Assembly: GCA_965279035.1 (NCBI GenBank)
Contig: OZ257142.1
Location: forward strand, 672,001 to 736,000
Direction of reading: 5' to 3'
Length of the DNA: 64,000 bases
Source of the DNA: Bacteroidia bacterium
Lineage (GTDB): Bacteria; Bacteroidota; Bacteroidia; M30B66
The position numbers and the translations under genes are program-made. Shown here one piece after another: positions 1 through 8,864 of the stretch. Position 1 is the first letter of the stretch. The number at the start of each line of letters is the position of its first letter. Under the pieces are notes generated by a model. The model saw nothing but the letters and a program-made list of their open reading frames with translations, did no database searches and was not told the origin of the DNA.

Positions 1-1
1 A

Positions 2-280
2 GGCAGTTCGGCTTTCTAAAAAATCATCCGCAGGTGGAACATTAAATCCAACCAAGCGAAGCGACTTCATGTTTTTTTCAATCGCTACCTTAGGAGAAAC
101 ATCAATGGATTCGCCAATAGATTTTACAATTGTAGGGCGATGTAAATGATACATTAAAGTCGACATACCATCGAAACCAACGGTGCCGAATAGCTGCTCA
201 TAATAGATTCCACCTTCGGGTTTATTATATACGACGTGGCGTTTTGAAGGGACTTTTCCTAAAGAATGATAAAACGGCAT
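2..280 (-). CDS. hmgA: homogentisate 1,2-dioxygenase, N-terminal part (runs off window start)
   Basis: Not in the ORF track. Manual translation from ATG at 280 gives MPFYHSLGKVPSKRHVVYNKPEGGIYYEQLFGTVGFDGMSTLMYHLHRPT, matching the Bacteroidota HmgA N-terminus as I recall it; TACGTTTG -7 box at about 306-313 (minus). Confidence 0.85.
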   Translation of the reverse strand, partial: MPFYHSLGKVPSKRHVVYNKPEGGIYYEQLFGTVGFDGMSTLMYHLHRPTIVKSIGESIDVSPKVAIEKNMKSLRLVGFNVPPADDFLESRTA

Positions 281-422
281 CTGTGACGATTTGTAAAGTG
301 TATTACAAACGTACAAGATTTCTTTTTTCAATGCAAGTGTAAAATCACAACGAAATTTTGGTGAATTCTTTCAATTCAGTTAATAATATTGCGCAGCATG
401 TCTTATGCAGAATATAATTCCG

Positions 423-3400
423 TTATCTGCTGCCTACAACAAGACGATTCACCGCTCTAAAGCCATTGGCATTCAATACAACCTGATAATTCCCTTTTGA
501 TAAATTGCTCACAGGCAATTCGATAAGTTGTCCGGGACTGAGGTTGGAATAACTTTTTTGAAATACAACACGTCCAGAAATGTCAATAATAGCTAAAGCG
601 ATATCTTTTAAGTTTTCTTTTAAATCAGGCTTCAACCAAGCACTGGTAGTTGCCGGATTAGGAAATACGGTAAAGGTTGATACATCAGTTTCTTGAGCTT
701 CTTCAATTCCAGTAACGTTAATTACATAAATATTCATTACTGCTGTATCGCTGCATTCATCTTTACCAGTTGTTAGAATTACAGGAAAAGTGCCAGCAGA
801 GTTAAATACATGTGTTACTTCTTGCTCTCCAGAAACGATTAAGCCATCTCCAAAATCCCAGAAAAAAGTTTGAGCTCCATTGGTTGTAGAAGTGAAAACC
901 ACTTCTTCTTCTTCCATTTTCACTTCGGTTGCCGAAGCATTAAATGAAGCCATAATGCCGCTACCAGCTTGAACTTGAATCCATTCGACGGTTTCGAGAT
1001 TTTGACCATTCAAGGAAAAGTGAACGCGATATTCATCCGCTCGTAAATTATCTAAAACCCAATTACCTACAAGTGCAGTATGACTTCCAGCTAAACTATC
1101 GTTACTTGTAAATACTTCTACGTCCCAAGCTGTTGAAGTTGGATTGTTCAAGGTGATTTGTCCATCTCCTCCTACGCATCCTTCTTTTATTGAATTTACT
1201 TGAACTCCTGGACGATAATGAATAAAGAATCTTCCACTAATTGTTCCTGCATTCAACATAACGCTGTATTCGGCTTGTTGACGAAGATTCTGCATCGTAT
1301 GATTCACTCGATCTTCTAAGAAAACCATTGCTGTCATTGGAAAATGAACTGCTTCAGAAAGTCGAATTTGATGCATTCCTCCTTGATGAACAACAATCTC
1401 TAATGGAATTGAATCAGCTTGCTCAGTTGTATGCCTACCTTGGATAGCCAATTTCACCGAATCTTTCACCGAATACCAACTGCTTAATTGTCCGCCTATA
1501 TCCATTTTTAAGGCATCTCGCCCATCCAATGATTGACTTGAATTGGCCTGTGAGCTATAATAAATGAGCGTTTCATCCGCTTTGCCTTCTTTCACAAGGC
1601 TTAATCGTATAAACGAAATGGATTCAGGAACACTAACCGAACGAACGTTAACAACATCAGCACGATGCGAATTATTGAGACGAAGTGTATCATTAGAAAA
1701 TGCTCTCACAAAAAAAGCTTCTTGCATTCCAACATATTGAGATGCACCATTAATTCCTAAACCTTCGTTAATTCCCAATGGAAGCCAAGTGGCAAATTGT
1801 CCAGCATATCGATCAGCTTTTGCTGAAGTATGAATGCTTCGGCTAATACTTGCTGGCAATGTAGCTGCTACTTTATTCCAATCGATGGGAGATGGATAAG
1901 GATTTCCAGCCAAATTGTAGCCAGCCAAGCCAGAAAATCCACTTCGACTTAATGCTAATTTTTGATTCCCGCTATTGATAAGGCCTTTGGCAGAAAGTGT
2001 ATTTCCACCCGTTTGGAGAATACGATAACCTGTCATTAATTGCAGGTTTGTACTAGAAGAATGTGCTTGCCAACCTTGAGTCAATGAAGAGTTGCCAGTT
2101 GATTCGCTATAATCCCAAACAGAAGTAGAAACAGGTGTTTGCCAAGTGATTCCTTCAGGACCAAGAACTGGAATGCCATTGAGGTAATCTTCCATGGCTA
2201 CATCACTAAAAGCACTACTCAATAATACGTCTTTGCTGCCCGAACCATCAATGAACCGTTCAGCTCCTACTTTTCCTGATAAAGTCCCAGTTCCAGTTCC
2301 TGAAATCAATGCGGTGGCACTGCTGTCGGCTTTTAGTTGAAGACTATCGTTTGTTGATAATGAACCTGCATTCAACTTTAATATACCTCGAAGATTCACT
2401 TGTCCAGCAATAAAACGTTGACCGTTTCCATTGATGTTGAGGTTGTTGTATATTCCTTTAACTAAGGTTTGTTGTGATCCACTGGTATAAGAAACATTTC
2501 CTCGAAAGAAAGGTGTTCCGAATCCACTTAAAACAGCTTGCTGAGTAGTTGAACTATGAGTAACATTTAATTGATCCTTATTACCCATTACAAAAGAACC
2601 ATTACCTGTAACACGGTTTATGGTATGATTGAGAATCAATTCTGTTCCTGGCATGCTGTCAATACCTAATCGAAAATCCCCATAAACGGTGATATTCTTA
2701 TTGGTGCTTGCTTGTCCACCTGGATCACCTGGATTATAGAACAACAAGTTTCGGCAAGAAAAATCTTCAGAAGTTCCTAATTGAACAACATGATTCAAAT
2801 TTGTCCTTACCCAGAGATGATTGTAAGTGATAGATGGAACAATTTGATCTACATCATTTGCCCAAACTTCTCCATTACCAAAAAAGGTTGTTCCTGCATT
2901 TTCTTCAAATGTTGAATCGGTGAGAAGTACGCTGGCTGCATCACCTTCAATAACAAGCACTCCTGTTCCTTGATCGATGACACCTTTTTGTTGGATTGAA
3001 AAAACGTCGAGTATTTTATCATTGATTTTTAGTGCTGAACCATCATTAATAGAAAGATTCCGAATCACTAAATCGTTTTGTAAACTATACTCAGAATTGG
3101 CAGTAATAAATAAATCAGTTCCGATGTAATGTCCCGAACCGCCGATAAATACATTCGTTCCGCCAGCTAATGAAACATAGGAATTGGTATTATTCGAAAT
3201 CACTCCTTCGTTCACCAAAGAACCGAAACAACTTAAATAAGAACCGAAACTGCTTTTTAAAGTTAGGCTTGCATTTTCATTAATTCTCAAATTTCCACAT
3301 TGTACTGGTTGGTTTCCATCCAGTTCGGGATAATGACTCAATCCGCCAGGTATTAATATATGATTACAGCGATCAGGAACTTGAGCAGGATTCCAATTTT

Positions 3401-4274
3401 GTGGATTGAACCAATTATTATCATTTCCAACCCATGTGAGTTGTGCCGGAATAGCTGGAAAGAAACTAAATCGCGCATTTTGAGCGGGTATCGTTACAGG
3501 CGATGAAGACCGAATGACGGCAGTAGAATTTGAAAGTCCGAGAGTGGAAGAACTCCAACTATTTGTACCTGCCGGAATATTTCGTGTGTGAACATCATTG
3601 CGAGATGTACCTCGAATTCCTACTTGAAAAAGTTGGTTGTAGCCTTGCCAGCAGTAAGGTGCAGTATTGTATGCAAATGAAATTCGATTGTTGTTTTCTT
3701 CGAGGGTGATTTGAAAGTCGAAACGATTTCGGTTTTCTCCACAATATCCGGTGCCTTCTGCATCATCGAGTGCTTTGAAATTATTCCATTCGATGGTGAA
3801 TGTTCTATTCGGTGCAACTCCTTCGCTTCTAGTTCGAATGCTTGCTAATCCTGCGGTCCAACGACCTTCTAAATCGGCATTGAGTGCAGAAACAATCCCT
3901 TCAATTTCTACATCAGAACCTAAAACATCTGTAAATGGAATAACAATTCCCGCAGCTTTAACTGGATCGGTTGTTCCAAACCAAATCCAACCATTGGTAG
4001 CAACACCACATTGCGTATAAGTGCTACCATTAAATTGAAATGGAAACCCAATGGGCTGATCAGGAAAGAAATCTTCATCTGTTGGTGAAACTAAACCAGC
4101 ATCTCCAGGTTGTGAAGCCCCACTTGCAAGAATGAGTGTTGGACTTGAAGGCGGTAAACTTGTATAAGGAATGTTGCTAGAATACGAGAATCCATAACCG
4201 CAAGTAACTTGACCAAAGAGCGAGTTGCACCCAATTGTCAGGAAGATGAAAGTAGCGAGAAAATGGTTTTTCAA
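423..4274 (-). CDS. large T9SS type A CTD secreted protein (nidogen-like N-domain, beta-solenoid-like region, PKD domain)
   Basis: TTG start, signal peptide ending LFG-Q, PIGFPFQFNG..Y...NGWIWFG motif, GNPYPS motif, PKD WDFGDG, C-terminal VFPNPA...KGNY.V...RLVV. Confidence 0.85.
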   Translation of the reverse strand: MKNHFLATFIFLTIGCNSLFGQVTCGYGFSYSSNIPYTSLPPSSPTLILASGASQPGDAGLVSPTDEDFFPDQPIGFPFQFNGSTYTQCGVATNGWIWFGTTDPVKAAGIVIPFTDVLGSDVEIEGIVSALNADLEGRWTAGLASIRTRSEGVAPNRTFTIEWNNFKALDDAEGTGYCGENRNRFDFQITLEENNNRISFAYNTAPYCWQGYNQLFQVGIRGTSRNDVHTRNIPAGTNSWSSSTLGLSNSTAVIRSSSPVTIPAQNARFSFFPAIPAQLTWVGNDNNWFNPQNWNPAQVPDRCNHILIPGGLSHYPELDGNQPVQCGNLRINENASLTLKSSFGSYLSCFGSLVNEGVISNNTNSYVSLAGGTNVFIGGSGHYIGTDLFITANSEYSLQNDLVIRNLSINDGSALKINDKILDVFSIQQKGVIDQGTGVLVIEGDAASVLLTDSTFEENAGTTFFGNGEVWANDVDQIVPSITYNHLWVRTNLNHVVQLGTSEDFSCRNLLFYNPGDPGGQASTNKNITVYGDFRLGIDSMPGTELILNHTINRVTGNGSFVMGNKDQLNVTHSSTTQQAVLSGFGTPFFRGNVSYTSGSQQTLVKGIYNNLNINGNGQRFIAGQVNLRGILKLNAGSLSTNDSLQLKADSSATALISGTGTGTLSGKVGAERFIDGSGSKDVLLSSAFSDVAMEDYLNGIPVLGPEGITWQTPVSTSVWDYSESTGNSSLTQGWQAHSSSTNLQLMTGYRILQTGGNTLSAKGLINSGNQKLALSRSGFSGLAGYNLAGNPYPSPIDWNKVAATLPASISRSIHTSAKADRYAGQFATWLPLGINEGLGINGASQYVGMQEAFFVRAFSNDTLRLNNSHRADVVNVRSVSVPESISFIRLSLVKEGKADETLIYYSSQANSSQSLDGRDALKMDIGGQLSSWYSVKDSVKLAIQGRHTTEQADSIPLEIVVHQGGMHQIRLSEAVHFPMTAMVFLEDRVNHTMQNLRQQAEYSVMLNAGTISGRFFIHYRPGVQVNSIKEGCVGGDGQITLNNPTSTAWDVEVFTSNDSLAGSHTALVGNWVLDNLRADEYRVHFSLNGQNLETVEWIQVQAGSGIMASFNASATEVKMEEEEVVFTSTTNGAQTFFWDFGDGLIVSGEQEVTHVFNSAGTFPVILTTGKDECSDTAVMNIYVINVTGIEEAQETDVSTFTVFPNPATTSAWLKPDLKENLKDIALAIIDISGRVVFQKSYSNLSPGQLIELPVSNLSKGNYQVVLNANGFRAVNRLVVGSR

Positions 4275-4310
4275 GGGTAGAATTCTTTAAGCAATATTCG
4301 GTTTTGTGAG

Positions 4311-4339
4311 TTATACCGAGCTAAAGAAAGAAAGGTTTC
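4311..4339 (-). promoter_or_regulatory. possible ECF-sigma-type promoter of the 1283-aa T9SS gene
   Basis: Minus strand reads GAAACC-tttctttctttagct-CGGTATAA about 35 nt upstream of the TTG start; no TAnnTTTG box near the start. Confidence 0.35.
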
Positions 4340-4352
4340 AGGAATGATTCAT

Positions 4353-4464
4353 ACAAAAAGAAAAAGGAGCCTAAGCTCCTTTTTCTTTCACAAACCACCA
4401 ATTGAATTCTGTAAATCTACCAAAAACAGAATGATTGGTATTGGTTATCGGGGGCAATAACCAC
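4353..4464 (-). ncRNA. candidate ~110-nt small RNA or attenuator leader
   Basis: TACTTTTG -7 box at 4467-4474 (minus), then hairpin GGTTATTG-CCCC-CGATAACC, a second stem CCAAT-C-ATTCTGT..ACAGAAT-TCA-ATTGG, then the terminator. Confidence 0.5.
4355..4388 (-). terminator. intrinsic terminator (bidirectional-looking)
   Basis: AAAGAAAAAGGAGC-CTAA-GCTCCTTTTTCTTT perfect inverted repeat with U tracts on both strands. Confidence 0.8.
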
Positions 4465-4527
4465 TACAAAAGTAATCATTGATTCCCTAAAAAAAACACT
4501 AGTAGCAATAATAAAATAAGATGGGTG

Positions 4528-6957
4528 TCATTTTCTTATTAAACGCCTATAGCCAAACTTGTTATTATAATTCACCTTTAGAATGTATGATCCTGTAGGC
4601 AATACCTTTGTTTTCAAGGTGTAAACATTGTTTTGAGGTAAAATATTCATTTCCTCTAAAATGACTCTTCCAGTAAGGTCGTATAATTCGAAACCAATTT
4701 GAGCTAAACCAATTGTATTCAGTTTTATGTTAAAATCACCATCACTTGGATTAGGATAAATTAGCATGGAATCGAATCCATCAAATTCTTCAATTCCTAC
4801 CTGAGCAACAATGATTGTTTTAGTTATGGTGTCAGCGCCACATGGATTCTGAATGATCAATGTGATGTCATAAGGTCCGCTATCGGGAAATGTAAATGAA
4901 GGGTCTCTTAATGGTGAAGTGCCAATAGAATCAAACGCCCATTCATAACTTAGTCCATTTTGGGATGAATTATTAAAAGTGATTGTGTAACCTCCTGTTC
5001 CTTGTACATAGGAAAAATTAGCAATAGGAAACTGAGACTGAATGACTTCAACTAAAGGAGAACTTCCCGGACAACCATTGATATCGGTTGCTGTTACAGA
5101 ATAATAACCTGTTTGACTTACTGTAATATTTTGTCCCAAAGCTCCATTTGACCATTCATAGTTTGAGAATCCTGTTCCTGCAGAAAGCAAGGCTGGTTCT
5201 CCATCGCAAATAGCCGCAAGACTCGGACTTACAGGAATTGAAACAGTTGAACCTGAAACAACTTGAACAGGTGTAGATGTTACAGTACATCCATTTGCAT
5301 CAGTACCAGTTACTATGAAAGTTCCTGGATTGGTGACACTTGTTGTAGCTCCGCTTTGTCCATTAGACCAGCTGTATGATACAAATCCGTTCGATGCTGT
5401 TAATGAAGCCGATGAACCACAAAGTGTAACAGGACTAGCCGGTGTAACAGAAATTGCTGGTGGTGTTGTTTGAATAAATGTAAGTGGGTCAGAGGCTGCA
5501 GAACATCCTCCTGCTGCTATTCCAGTAACAGTTAATACGGTAGGTGTTGTAACTTGAATAGCAGTAGTTCCTGGTTGACCGTTTGACCAATTGAGATTTG
5601 AAAATGTTCCAACAACACTCACTAATATAGGCCCATTACACAAGTTAAGTGTATTAGGAGAATAGGTTAATGGTATAAGTACCGAGTTGGATAAAGTAAC
5701 AGTCCAAGAAGTGGATGTTGATGAACCACAACTACTTGTTACCGTTGCTTGGTAATAGGTTGTTTGAGTTAAAGGACCTGTGGTGTATGTAGCACTTGTT
5801 GCGCCTGCAATAGGACTGAAGTTTATATTATTTGTCGAACTTAACCATTGAATTGATCCAGAACTACCTTGATAAATAAGCGATGCCGAACCACCTGAAC
5901 AGACTGAGCTACTCGAAGCATTCGATATTGCGGCAGTTGGTGCGCCAGCCACTTCAATAGTAATTATACTCGGAGTTCCAGTTGTATTAGGTGAATTTGC
6001 TACAACTCGAATTTGATAATTACTCCCAATGGCTGTCCCCAATGGAATGTTCGCATTAATCACTCCCGAAGTAGTTCCAGACAATGTTCCTATCACAACA
6101 GGAGAAACAAAACTACCTGCGCTATTCGAAAGTTGAGCTGTAAAAGTGTTGCCAGCATTAAAAGTTCCATTGGCTGTAAATGGAACTGAGATCGCTTGTC
6201 CAGGGCAATAAGGTCCTAATAAAATATTGTCGGTGGTGATGCTGTTTGTAGAAGCTGAATTAGAAGTAACTATTATATCATCTATTCCGAATGATGGATC
6301 AGATGCAGGATCAAATGATTCAAGTGTATTAAAACGAAATCCAAAGATTAAACTTGCTTGATTATCAAATGCGGCACTTGTAACTGTTTCTTGAGTCCAA
6401 TTTCCTTGATTACTATATTCTCCAACTCCACCTGGAACGGGCAACCATGACGTTCCACCATTTGTGCTGTAATAAACTTCTCCAAATGAATTTCCTTGTA
6501 AACCAGCACATAGCCACCAAAAACTTAAACTAACACCTGTTTGACCAATAGTGCTAATCGAAATAGACATTCTTGAAAAATAATTTTCTGAAAAATTACA
6601 AAATCCATCAGCTGCTATAAAATGACAATTGTCAACACCATTCATCATTCCTCCAATGGATGTAATATGCATATATCCACTTTGGGGACTGCCAACAATG
6701 CCCGCTGGTTGAGTAGGTGAATTAACCAAATCAACTGGTAATGTAATTCCTCCACAATCAATTTCAAATGACCCCCCGTTGTAACTACTATTTACAACCC
6801 ATAAATTACTTGTCGAGGTACCACCTAAATCACTCGTATTTAATTGAAAACTACCTCCACCAGAGTTAAAATCTTCAGTAAATAAGACCGTTTGTGCAGA
6901 AACTTCTAATATGAAAATTGAGCAAAAGGCAAATAGAAGGGTATATATATTTCTCAT
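4528..6957 (-). CDS. T9SS type A CTD secreted protein with Ig-like repeats and PKD domain
   Basis: Signal peptide VSA-Q, repeated Y.WSNG...VT.TD.NGC Ig-like units, PKD-like unit, C-terminal IYPNPS...GSYIL...RRLIRK. Confidence 0.85.
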   Translation of the reverse strand: MRNIYTLLFAFCSIFILEVSAQTVLFTEDFNSGGGSFQLNTSDLGGTSTSNLWVVNSSYNGGSFEIDCGGITLPVDLVNSPTQPAGIVGSPQSGYMHITSIGGMMNGVDNCHFIAADGFCNFSENYFSRMSISISTIGQTGVSLSFWWLCAGLQGNSFGEVYYSTNGGTSWLPVPGGVGEYSNQGNWTQETVTSAAFDNQASLIFGFRFNTLESFDPASDPSFGIDDIIVTSNSASTNSITTDNILLGPYCPGQAISVPFTANGTFNAGNTFTAQLSNSAGSFVSPVVIGTLSGTTSGVINANIPLGTAIGSNYQIRVVANSPNTTGTPSIITIEVAGAPTAAISNASSSSVCSGGSASLIYQGSSGSIQWLSSTNNINFSPIAGATSATYTTGPLTQTTYYQATVTSSCGSSTSTSWTVTLSNSVLIPLTYSPNTLNLCNGPILVSVVGTFSNLNWSNGQPGTTAIQVTTPTVLTVTGIAAGGCSAASDPLTFIQTTPPAISVTPASPVTLCGSSASLTASNGFVSYSWSNGQSGATTSVTNPGTFIVTGTDANGCTVTSTPVQVVSGSTVSIPVSPSLAAICDGEPALLSAGTGFSNYEWSNGALGQNITVSQTGYYSVTATDINGCPGSSPLVEVIQSQFPIANFSYVQGTGGYTITFNNSSQNGLSYEWAFDSIGTSPLRDPSFTFPDSGPYDITLIIQNPCGADTITKTIIVAQVGIEEFDGFDSMLIYPNPSDGDFNIKLNTIGLAQIGFELYDLTGRVILEEMNILPQNNVYTLKTKVLPTGSYILKVNYNNKFGYRRLIRK

Positions 6958-7108
6958 AGCATTGTGATTCCGACAAATTTAATCAATTGCCCCGTACTAC
7001 CAAGTGCTGATAATCATCTCACAATAAGTCTGTATTTGTGTTTATTTTCCTTTCAAAACAACAAATCGGAGCGTTTCCCAACTCTCTTGAAAGTGTATAT
7101 TTGACCAC

Positions 7109-8683
7109 ATGATAACTGCACGCAAACAGGTCGATTTTCTAATCATCGGTTCAGGAATCGCTGGACTCAGTTATGCGCTCAAAGTGGCTCAACACGGTAG
7201 CGTTTGTATGATTACTAAAAGTGATGAGGATGAATCCAATACCAAATACGCTCAAGGTGGCATTGCTGCAGTTATCACAGCTTCCGACTCGTTCGATAAG
7301 CATATCGAAGACACACTCATTGCTGGTGATGGTTTATGCAACGAAGAAGTCGTTCACATGGTCATTACCGAAGCTCCCGATCGCATTCGAGAACTCATCC
7401 AATGGGGTGCTCAATTTGATAAAAATTCCAGCGGAGAATTCGACCTTGGTAAAGAAGGCGGACACTCCGAAAACCGCATCCTGCATCATAAAGACACCAC
7501 CGGCTTCGAAATCGAAAGGGCACTCATCGAGCAAGTCAATGCGCATCCAAACATCGAAGTGCTCGATCACCATTTTGCGGTCGAAATTATCACCCAACAT
7601 CATCTAGGACAATATGTAAACAGCTCCACACCTGATGTGGTGTGTTACGGTGTATATGCCCTCAATCTGAAAACGGGTTTTACCGATGTGATTTTGGCTA
7701 AGACTACACTCATGGCTTCGGGTGGTGCTGGAAATGTGTATGCTTCAACCACCAATCCACGTATTGCTACTGGCGATGGTGTTGCCATGGTGTATCGGGC
7801 AAAAGGACGTGTGAGTCACATGGAGTTTATTCAGTTTCATCCTACAGCCTTGTACCAGCCGGGCGTGCAACCAGCTTTCTTAATTACCGAGGCGATGCGT
7901 GGTTTTGGAGCCGTGTTGCGTAATAAAGGCGGTGAAGATTTTATGCCACGGTACGACAAACGTGCATCCTTAGCTCCCCGCGATATTGTTGCTCGTGCAA
8001 TCGACAATGAACTCAAAGTGCGAGGCGACGAATGTGTTTACCTCGATTGTCGACACCTCGATCCCGAAGGTTTGCAAACACATTTCCCTAACATTCTTGA
8101 AAAGTGCTTGAGTTTAGGTATCGATATTCGAAAAGACCTCATTCCTGTTGTGCCAGCTTGCCATTACATGTGCGGAGGAATTTTAGTTGATACCAATGCA
8201 CAAACTAGTATTCGCAATCTCATGGCGGCGGGAGAATGCTCCTCAACCGGACTGCATGGTGCTAACCGCTTAGCATCCAATTCACTGCTCGAAGCCTTGG
8301 TCTATTCGCATCGTGCTGCTAAAACGGCAAGCGAATTAGTAGTTAAATCGGAATACGCCACAGGCATTCCTGATTGGGACATAAAAGGAACAGCCGATCC
8401 CGAAGAAATGGTGCTCATTACGCAAAACCTTCGCGAATTGCAGGCAATCATGAGTAATTATGTTGGCATTGTACGCAGCAACATCCGACTTATTCGGGCA
8501 CTCGACCGCTTACAAATCCTCCATCGCGAAACCGAAAGTATGTATCGCCGAACAACGCTCTCCACGCCCTTGTGCGAATTGCGTAATTTAATTTTGGTCG
8601 GTTATCTCATCATCAAATCGGCACGAATTCGCAGAGAAAGTCGCGGATTACATTATTCTATTGATTATCCTCGAGTAGATTAA
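7109..8683 (+). CDS. nadB: L-aspartate oxidase
   Basis: GSGIAG FAD motif, YAQGGIA, EGGHS..RILH, QFHPT, LAPRDIVARAI, GLHGANRLASNSLLE, ESRGLHY. Confidence 0.95.
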   Translation: MITARKQVDFLIIGSGIAGLSYALKVAQHGSVCMITKSDEDESNTKYAQGGIAAVITASDSFDKHIEDTLIAGDGLCNEEVVHMVITEAPDRIRELIQWGAQFDKNSSGEFDLGKEGGHSENRILHHKDTTGFEIERALIEQVNAHPNIEVLDHHFAVEIITQHHLGQYVNSSTPDVVCYGVYALNLKTGFTDVILAKTTLMASGGAGNVYASTTNPRIATGDGVAMVYRAKGRVSHMEFIQFHPTALYQPGVQPAFLITEAMRGFGAVLRNKGGEDFMPRYDKRASLAPRDIVARAIDNELKVRGDECVYLDCRHLDPEGLQTHFPNILEKCLSLGIDIRKDLIPVVPACHYMCGGILVDTNAQTSIRNLMAAGECSSTGLHGANRLASNSLLEALVYSHRAAKTASELVVKSEYATGIPDWDIKGTADPEEMVLITQNLRELQAIMSNYVGIVRSNIRLIRALDRLQILHRETESMYRRTTLSTPLCELRNLILVGYLIIKSARIRRESRGLHYSIDYPRVD

Positions 8684-8691
8684 TACTGAAT

Positions 8692-8795
8692 TTGGACGAG
8701 CCCCAGCTTAATCACCTACGCAAAAAGCTCCGGTAATCAAGCTGCGTCAGGCTTTCGCGTCGTGGGAACTCCGCTCTATCCTTCTCGCAATCCAA
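8692..8795 (-). repeat. structured intergenic element (Flavo-1-like / REP-like), copy 1
   Basis: Minus strand AGG-ATAGA-GCG...CGC-GAAAG-CCT core shared with 34966-35087, plus 13-bp stem CAGCTTGATTACC/GGTGATTAAGCTG. Confidence 0.5.
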
Positions 8796-8864
8796 TCTTC
8801 TAATTCCCGAAATGAATTCAGGGCTTACGCGAACATTCTAATCACATTTGAGTTCTTTTGTGCT

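Noticed and set aside
8692-8795. SRP RNA, tRNA or hammerhead ribozyme
   Set aside because: No SRP helix-8 CAGG..GGAA..AGCAG motif, no cloverleaf or TTC arm, and no CTGANGA core paired with the GAAA.
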